From Candidatus Microgenomates bacterium (GTDB taxonomy: Bacteria; Patescibacteriota; Microgenomatia; UBA8517), in assembly GCA_016784385.1 (NCBI GenBank), contig JADHUT010000003.1, positions 2,923 to 66,922 on the forward strand: DNA of 64,000 nucleotides, given 5' to 3'. Positions 57,876 through 64,000 of this stretch are shown here, piece after piece; the first letter of the stretch is position 1, and each line of letters begins with the position of its first letter. The translations under genes and the position numbers were made by a program. The notes below the pieces were generated by a model. That model had not been told where the DNA came from and searched no databases. It was given only the letters and a program-made list of their open reading frames with translations.

Positions 57876-59429
57876 CTATTTTATTAATTCAAAAAAGAAG
57901 AGTTCTTCAAATGGGCCGTATTGCGCGAATTGTTTTGAATCAGTAAGTCTGAGTGCTTTAGGGTAACTTGCAATTAACTTGTACCCTTGTTTTTCAGGAT
58001 CACCTTTAAACCTTGATTTATTTATAACCAAATAAGTTTTATTGCCTGCTTCTTTTGCTTCCATTAAACTATTTGGTACATCTTCTATGATGACTCCAAC
58101 ACCAATCACAATTATTTTTGAAATATCATTAACATAAATTTGAAGACCATCTGGCAAAGTTCCAAAATAACCTTCAGTTCCAACCACAATTTGTGTGTCT
58201 GGGTCTTTTATATGTTCCGCTCTTATGTAATCTGCAACTTGTTTTATTCCTTGCCCCGCAGTCCATTCTTCCAAATATCCTGAACGCTCCCCTCTTGGCA
58301 GATTAGCACTCTCTGGATTTGTTAATAAATGATAGTCAAATATCAAAGCTTGAACAGCAAATATCGCAATAACTACTAGGGCAGCCTTTTTGAAAAGTTT
58401 ATTTCGTTGAAGCAAAAACATCCCAGAAAGTATAAAAAGATATGGTAGAGTAAAAAATATATATCTTGCTGTAAAAGCTCTAGCAAGTTCTGCTTGTATA
58501 ATAACTGGTGCAAAAAACCAAAGAGAAACAACTAAAGTCTCCTTGAAATGTTTTTTGAATCCAAAAAACATCCCAAAAAGAAGTATTGGAATTATCATAA
58601 ATGGACCCATGGTCCAAAGCCACACAACAAAATCTTTAAGATACGGAATTAACGGGTCAAAAGGATTTGTCCAAATATGGCTTATTGGTAAAACATAATC
58701 TTTAGTTCTTGAAGTAAGTAAAGCAAAATTAGGACCCAATCTTTGGATGTTGTACATAAAATAAGCGAGCACATAACTCACAAGAGATAGTACTCCCAAC
58801 TTCAGAAATTGCATACCAAACTTTTTTTTGTTTTTTGGCCAAGATGTAAGTAACCAAAATGAAGGAAGAAGAAGTGCACTAAATATTGCAGATGATTTGG
58901 TTAGTGTAGCAAACCCCAGACAAAACCCTGTTATTAGAGCGAAATCTAATCTTTTGTATTTAACAGTCAAATATCCAAATACAGCCACCCAAACTCCAAA
59001 CATTGAAAGCATTGAATCCACAAGTGCCATACGATCAAAAAAAACAGTAAAGGGAGATATGCTATACAAAAGAGCTGAAAACAAGGAAACTACTTTATTT
59101 TTAAAGAGCAAATATGAAAGAGTAAAAATACCAAACATTGTTCCAAGTCCTGTAAAAACAGATACAAGCCGGCCTATAAATAATGGGTCTGAAAAATGTT
59201 TTATTAAAAACATCAATACCCACATATAAAAAGGTTGTTTGCCATCAGACAAAGGTAGAAACCGCAGTGTTGGTTCCCAGGCCATTACTTGAGCCCACCT
59301 GACATAAATAGCTTCATCTACAAACACGGGCAATATAGTAAGATTGTAAACACGAAGAAACAAACCAAGAAGAAATACTCCAACTATTCCAAGCCCCAAC
59401 CACTTCCACTTTCTTATATGTTTCTTCAT
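57876..59429 (-). CDS. GT-C (PMT/ArnT-like) membrane glycosyltransferase
   Basis: PVFVDEAIY, DGKQP, FFDRMALVD, LTKS and ARY. Confidence 0.85.
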   Translation of the reverse strand: MKKHIRKWKWLGLGIVGVFLLGLFLRVYNLTILPVFVDEAIYVRWAQVMAWEPTLRFLPLSDGKQPFYMWVLMFLIKHFSDPLFIGRLVSVFTGLGTMFGIFTLSYLLFKNKVVSLFSALLYSISPFTVFFDRMALVDSMLSMFGVWVAVFGYLTVKYKRLDFALITGFCLGFATLTKSSAIFSALLLPSFWLLTSWPKNKKKFGMQFLKLGVLSLVSYVLAYFMYNIQRLGPNFALLTSRTKDYVLPISHIWTNPFDPLIPYLKDFVVWLWTMGPFMIIPILLFGMFFGFKKHFKETLVVSLWFFAPVIIQAELARAFTARYIFFTLPYLFILSGMFLLQRNKLFKKAALVVIAIFAVQALIFDYHLLTNPESANLPRGERSGYLEEWTAGQGIKQVADYIRAEHIKDPDTQIVVGTEGYFGTLPDGLQIYVNDISKIIVIGVGVIIEDVPNSLMEAKEAGNKTYLVINKSRFKGDPEKQGYKLIASYPKALRLTDSKQFAQYGPFEELFFFELIK

Positions 59430-60187
59430 TTATACATTCCTTTTAAAGCATTAAGCCTTACTTTCATCAAATCCCGTAGTCCCTCCCAAGAATCTTTAAT
59501 TGGGTTTACCTTTGTTCCTTCTTTATGGTGCCAATCAACATCAACTTCAGTTACTTTCAATCCCAATTTTCTTGCAACATATAGAATTTCTAAGTCAAAT
59601 CCAGCAGAAACCGAAGCTCCTTGTGTTGCTGTAGTTGCACTAAACACTTTCAATTTTCCAAAAATTTTCTTTGCTGCGTCTTTTTTGAAAGCTTTGAAGC
59701 CACACTGAGTATCCTTAAATGGAAGCCTTAATAGTAAATATCTCAGTACTGAAAATCCATATGCCATTACTTTACGAATTACAGGTGCCCCCTCTCTACC
59801 ACTTCTTGCCCCAATTACTACATCAAAGTCCTCGTCGATAATTTTAGGTAGTATCTTTTTTACTTGATCAATTGGTGTTGCCTGATCCGTGTCAGAAAAA
59901 ATAATTACATCCCCTTTGGCTTTTAACATCCCTGCAATTACCGTTGCCCCTTTCCCTCTATGGGGTTGTTTCATCAAAGTAATTTTGCTTTTACCTTCTG
60001 TGTATCTAGTTACCAACTCTGCTGTTTTGTCATTTGAGCCATCATCAACAACGATAATTTCCCATGTGTAATCTTGTTTACGCAAGTATCCATAGACGCT
60101 TTGTAATACTCCAGTCCGAAGATTGTATTCTTCGTTATATGCAGGTATTACTACACTTAAAAATATATTATTGCTATTTTTTTTCAT
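59426..60187 (-). CDS. Dolichyl/polyprenyl-phosphate beta-glucosyltransferase-like GT2
   Basis: PAYNEE, VDDGSND, GKG, DTD, DTQCGFK and FDLEIL. Confidence 0.88.
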   Translation of the reverse strand: MKKNSNNIFLSVVIPAYNEEYNLRTGVLQSVYGYLRKQDYTWEIIVVDDGSNDKTAELVTRYTEGKSKITLMKQPHRGKGATVIAGMLKAKGDVIIFSDTDQATPIDQVKKILPKIIDEDFDVVIGARSGREGAPVIRKVMAYGFSVLRYLLLRLPFKDTQCGFKAFKKDAAKKIFGKLKVFSATTATQGASVSAGFDLEILYVARKLGLKVTEVDVDWHHKEGTKVNPIKDSWEGLRDLMKVRLNALKGMYK

Positions 60188-60215
60188 AAAATGGTTATTC
60201 TATTTTAGTTATTCT
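60179..60215. repeat. 37-bp dispersed repeat, copy 2 (start region of 59426-60187)
   Basis: TTTTTTCATAAAATGGTTATTCTATTTTAGTTATTCT; 36 of 37 identical to 42017-42053. Confidence 0.8.
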
Positions 60216-61723
60216 TTATCTAAAAATCTTTCTCTTCTTTGCACTGTCACACCACCAAAACGAGTACTCTCAACTACTTCCCCTATTGTCTTTTGTCTTT
60301 CTAACCATTCTGTTAGTCTCTCTGACTCATCTGGCTCTCCCTCATACAAAGTATACAGAACTGAAACCTGATTTTCCTCTTCTGTAACCCCTTTCCATAA
60401 AAACAAGTAATCATACGAATATGAAATTACAGGAGGAACATAAACATCTATGTTAAATTCTCTGCCTTCACTATCTTTTTTCACCCAATCCACAGCTTGC
60501 AACTCTGTCTTTAAGGCAATGCTTCCAGGTCCATCTACCTTGTCTCTTAATTTAAAGTTTAAAAAATCAAAGTTGTTAATTAAAAAAAGATACACGAAAA
60601 ATAAAACCAATATTTTACCCAACCACTTTTTCTTCCAAATCTCCCCTAGTCCTATTGAGAATAAAAGCAAAAAGATCATATAATAACCTGTTAAATAGTA
60701 ATCATAGAAATTGCCTTGGTTTCCTTGAAAAAATACTAATCCTACCGACATGCAACCAAGGAGGAGAAGTAATATTTTAACACCTTGTAGTTTTATTAAC
60801 TTATTGAAGTAATAAACTATTAGTGTCAGAACTATTCCAAAAACAAACATTTCCCTTTGCCATCTTCCATGAAAAACCAATCTAGTGAAAACTCTTTTGT
60901 ATGTATCAATTTTTTCAAAAACATGTTTCCAAGTTGTTAATCCGAAACTATGATCATCTATGAAAAACTTTTTTATATTCTCAAAAATCAAGAAATCATT
61001 TTTAAAATCAAAGATAATTAAAGGTGCAATTGTAAGAAAAAACAAACCAATAGAAATTAACAACTGCCTTTTATTTGGAAAATTCTTTCTTTGCCAAATT
61101 GCAAAGATTGCCACCGCTACAAAATAAAATACCTCAGAAGCAGAACCAAAACTAAACAGAGAAAGTCCAAGTACTAATGATATTCCATACCAAGCTTTCT
61201 TTTTTCCTTCTGTAACAAGCAACATAAACAAAACCAGCAACATAGATAAAAGAAGCATTGGTGTGGGGTTACTAAGCCAACGAGAAGCCATAACAATGTT
61301 AAATGAAAAAGATGTTATATAAGCTGCAATGATACCCGCCGCATCACTATGAATTTTTCTGCCCAGAAAAAAAGCTAAAAAACTGGCTGCAACAGTAGTG
61401 AGAGAGAGAAACACCGAGGGCCAAACCGGATTTCCTCCACCAATTAAATAAAATGGGGCAATTAAATAATAATAAAATGGACCTCTAAAAATTCCAGCAA
61501 TTCCTGTAGTTGGACCTAGTAAAAATATATCTGCCTTGTGCCATAGATTCCAAATAGCCAATGCATCTCTTCCTTGGTCGAAATAAAATCCTAAGGTATT
61601 GCCTATATTATAAACTCTCAAAAACAAACCAGCTAAAAGTATTACTGCAAGCAATAAAATGGTGGGGGTTAAAATTTTACTGATTTTTTTGCGAGCAACA
61701 AACATTTTACGAAATATTTTCAT
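60209..61723 (-). CDS. GT-C membrane glycosyltransferase (DQxRD subfamily)
   Basis: YFDQGRD, LGPT, GPFYYYLIAP and SRWLSNPT. Confidence 0.82.
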   Translation of the reverse strand: MKIFRKMFVARKKISKILTPTILLLAVILLAGLFLRVYNIGNTLGFYFDQGRDALAIWNLWHKADIFLLGPTTGIAGIFRGPFYYYLIAPFYLIGGGNPVWPSVFLSLTTVAASFLAFFLGRKIHSDAAGIIAAYITSFSFNIVMASRWLSNPTPMLLLSMLLVLFMLLVTEGKKKAWYGISLVLGLSLFSFGSASEVFYFVAVAIFAIWQRKNFPNKRQLLISIGLFFLTIAPLIIFDFKNDFLIFENIKKFFIDDHSFGLTTWKHVFEKIDTYKRVFTRLVFHGRWQREMFVFGIVLTLIVYYFNKLIKLQGVKILLLLLGCMSVGLVFFQGNQGNFYDYYLTGYYMIFLLLFSIGLGEIWKKKWLGKILVLFFVYLFLINNFDFLNFKLRDKVDGPGSIALKTELQAVDWVKKDSEGREFNIDVYVPPVISYSYDYLFLWKGVTEEENQVSVLYTLYEGEPDESERLTEWLERQKTIGEVVESTRFGGVTVQRRERFLDKE

Positions 61724-62708
61724 CAACAACCTTTCTTACAGTTGAAAGAAGTTTTTCAACTGCCTCGTCAAAAGAAAGTCCTTCAATTTTAGCGCCTGAT
61801 GCAAAGACATGACCTCCTCCTCCGAGTTCAAGTGCAATCTTTGATGTATCAAAACCAGACCTGGACCTTAAACTTATAGCCAAACTTTTTGGCTCCGTTT
61901 CCAATGCAATAAATCCGAAATCAGTACCTTCTATAACTTGCGCAAACATGGAAGCAGCCGACTCTTTTGCCATTGAAGGTTTGTCTAACTTTGAGTAAAT
62001 CTCATACGGAATAGCAGACCATACAAATCTATTTTTTTTATCTACCTGGATCCTTGACAGAACTTTTGCGTAAAATTTAAGAAGTTCAATCGGTTCACTT
62101 CTATAAATTCTTTGGATAGCCATGTCTTTGTCTGCCCCCAACTTCATTAGCTCACTTACTATACGAAAAGTATTTTCATCCGCCCCAGGATATCTAAAAG
62201 CTCCCGTATCTCCTACTATCCCAGCTATCAGACACGTAGCAACATCTTTATTTACTTCCATCCCCCAATCCTCAATCAACATATAAAGTAACTGCCCGAC
62301 AGAGGTAGTTTGATCATCTACTAAATTTATATCTGCATAGTTTGTGTTTGTTATGTGGTGATCAATTGCAATTGTTTTAATCTTAGGTATAGAACTTTCT
62401 CTTTTGTTTGACACCATATCCCAACTTGAAGAATCGAGAGTTATTAATAAATCAAATTTTGTAAAATCAAATTTTGAAAAATCTACATCTTTTTTAATTT
62501 TGTCGAATCCAGAAAGATAGTTTACATTTTCAAAAAGTTCTTTACTCGGGCAAATTACTTCGACCTGTTTACTCATATCCACAAGTAATCCTCTAAGAGC
62601 AAGTGCACTTCCTATAGAATCAGGGTCTGGATTTCTGTGACAGTTAAGTAAAATTTTGTCAGCTTTTTCAATTTCCTCCAAAATTTGCTTTGATTGTTTG
62701 TAATTCAT
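61707..62708 (-). CDS. nrnA: DHH family phosphoesterase (NrnA-like nanoRNase/pAp phosphatase)
   Basis: H.NPDPDSIGS, IDHH, GDTG.F, SLRS and GGGGH. Confidence 0.88.
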   Translation of the reverse strand: MNYKQSKQILEEIEKADKILLNCHRNPDPDSIGSALALRGLLVDMSKQVEVICPSKELFENVNYLSGFDKIKKDVDFSKFDFTKFDLLITLDSSSWDMVSNKRESSIPKIKTIAIDHHITNTNYADINLVDDQTTSVGQLLYMLIEDWGMEVNKDVATCLIAGIVGDTGAFRYPGADENTFRIVSELMKLGADKDMAIQRIYRSEPIELLKFYAKVLSRIQVDKKNRFVWSAIPYEIYSKLDKPSMAKESAASMFAQVIEGTDFGFIALETEPKSLAISLRSRSGFDTSKIALELGGGGHVFASGAKIEGLSFDEAVEKLLSTVRKVVDENIS

Positions 62709-62713
62709 GTATT

Positions 62714-64000
62714 TTAGTTTACTGCCTTACTGTGTACTAGTTTGTATATTGTAACACCCATAACTTCCCAAGTACTTTCAATATCACTCCACCCAAAGTT
62801 TGCAACTTCTGCCTTTGCAGAATGTGTTGGGTCACACTCCTCTTTCAGTTTCTCACATACTACAAATAATTGATCAGAGATTGTATCTTTGGCCCAAATG
62901 TCAGCGTGTAGGATACTTTGACCATTTTTTTCCAAAAAATAACCATAACCATCCTCATAATTACGTTCTGCTAAAACAGCTAAGTTAAAGGCTTCTCCAT
63001 TCGACTCAACTATAATCTTTTCTGATACCTGTTGTGCTCTTTGCATTTGCCTGTTTGGTGGATATTGCAGAGGGTTGTTTATTAAATTAGTGTATATAAC
63101 AAAACCAAAGGCTAAGGCTAAAACAACCTTACCTATTTTACTCAAATTTTCTGAAATTCCATCTATGAAACCGCCAAGAAAAAGAAACGGAGGAACAAAT
63201 AAAAATCCTAGGTAATGGTCATGCAAACTTTGGTTATACAACCCCAATCCAATTAACCCGACTACCATCCACAAAGTTAAGGTCATGAATCCTGAAGCTT
63301 CGTTTTGGTGAAGTCTCTTCCTGCCCAACAAAAGAAGTATTGACGGAATTGAAACTACTGCCACTATTGCTTTACCCAACCCCTCCATTCTTCCTGCCAA
63401 CAGTCTTGTTGAAATATTATTTAGTATGCCGGGCAACTTTGAAACCGAATCCCACAATCCAACTGAAACTGTTGATCTCTCAGTAAAAAATGTTTTCATG
63501 GCGTTATAGTTCATCCAGCCATGTCTAATATCGAAAATTAAAAGTGGGGACATTAAAAACAAAAATGCTATCAATGAAAACATTGAAACCTTAATAAATC
63601 TAGTTATAGGAGCTTTGTCGTCAATTTCTTGAGACTTTGCAGAAGATGTCAAGAAAGTCATTGCCCAAAAAATTGCCACAACTGGCATTAAAATCAATCC
63701 TAAGTAGTGAGATTGCAATACAAAAGCAGATGAGATTGCACTCACCAAAACCCAATTATATTGATCTTTTTTCCATGCTCTCCAAATAGAATACACACAC
63801 AGAAGGGAGAAAAATGGCATTATATTAGGATTCCATGAAGAACGAGAAAAAATAATTGTTGTTGGTGCGATTGCATACAGTGTGGCAGCAATTGTTCCAG
63901 CTAATTTAGAAAACCATTCTCTACCAACCCAATAAACAAAAGCAATTGTTAATATCCCAACAATTGCTACCTGAACAGACATACCAACTGGTGAAAAATT
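62714..64000 (-). CDS. GT-C membrane glycosyltransferase, 5' end outside the window
   Basis: The frame is open to the window end (NFSPVGMSVQ...). SRSSWNPN, QSHY and P..IFD.RH resemble 60209-61723. Confidence 0.8.
   Translation of the reverse strand, partial: NFSPVGMSVQVAIVGILTIAFVYWVGREWFSKLAGTIAATLYAIAPTTIIFSRSSWNPNIMPFFSLLCVYSIWRAWKKDQYNWVLVSAISSAFVLQSHYLGLILMPVVAIFWAMTFLTSSAKSQEIDDKAPITRFIKVSMFSLIAFLFLMSPLLIFDIRHGWMNYNAMKTFFTERSTVSVGLWDSVSKLPGILNNISTRLLAGRMEGLGKAIVAVVSIPSILLLLGRKRLHQNEASGFMTLTLWMVVGLIGLGLYNQSLHDHYLGFLFVPPFLFLGGFIDGISENLSKIGKVVLALAFGFVIYTNLINNPLQYPPNRQMQRAQQVSEKIIVESNGEAFNLAVLAERNYEDGYGYFLEKNGQSILHADIWAKDTISDQLFVVCEKLKEECDPTHSAKAEVANFGWSDIESTWEVMGVTIYKLVHSKAVN

Noticed and set aside
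61688-61699. TTGC-GA-GCAA palindrome near the start of a GT-C gene
   Set aside because: Too short to distinguish from chance.
1-64000. tRNA, rRNA, riboswitches, rho-independent terminators and transposases
   Set aside because: Intergenic gaps are all under about 140 bp and show no convincing cloverleaf or stem-loop plus U-tract, and no transposase motifs appear in any ORF. A covariance-model scan would be needed to exclude small RNAs.

Overview
This is an AT-rich, very gene-dense bacterial window, mostly on the minus strand. It uses the standard code 11, since TGA acts as a stop in many ATGA/TGATG gene overlaps. It holds about 55 CDS that form one very large surface-glycosylation locus: 17 polytopic GT-C-fold (lipid-linked-sugar) glycosyltransferases in several paralogous subfamilies, 11 GT2 (three of polyprenyl-phosphate-sugar synthase type), 5 GT4, one GT10, two Wzx/MOP flippases, five SAM methyltransferases, and nucleotide-sugar enzymes (Fcl, a 4,6-dehydratase, a perosamine-synthase-like aminotransferase). 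Gene content and style suggest Patescibacteria/CPR (Microgenomates-like), which is an inference. Interspersed are a VKOR-dihydroorotate-dehydrogenase fusion, a tandem double dTMP-kinase plus nucleotidyltransferase pair, a Phd/RelE toxin-antitoxin pair, a Bro-N gene, an HD protein and a DHH phosphoesterase. At DNA level I found four things: (i) a family of 24-30 bp in-frame double-hairpin micro-insertions inside coding sequences, flanked by TAA/TTATA duplications; (ii) leaderless-type -10 boxes 6-9 nt before start codons, including a back-to-back pair in a 24-bp gap; (iii) a 37-bp dispersed repeat in front of two unrelated genes; (iv) a methyltransferase split by an in-frame TGA. I saw no rRNA, tRNA, CRISPR array or transposase. 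All family calls come from motif recognition by eye; no database searches were run.
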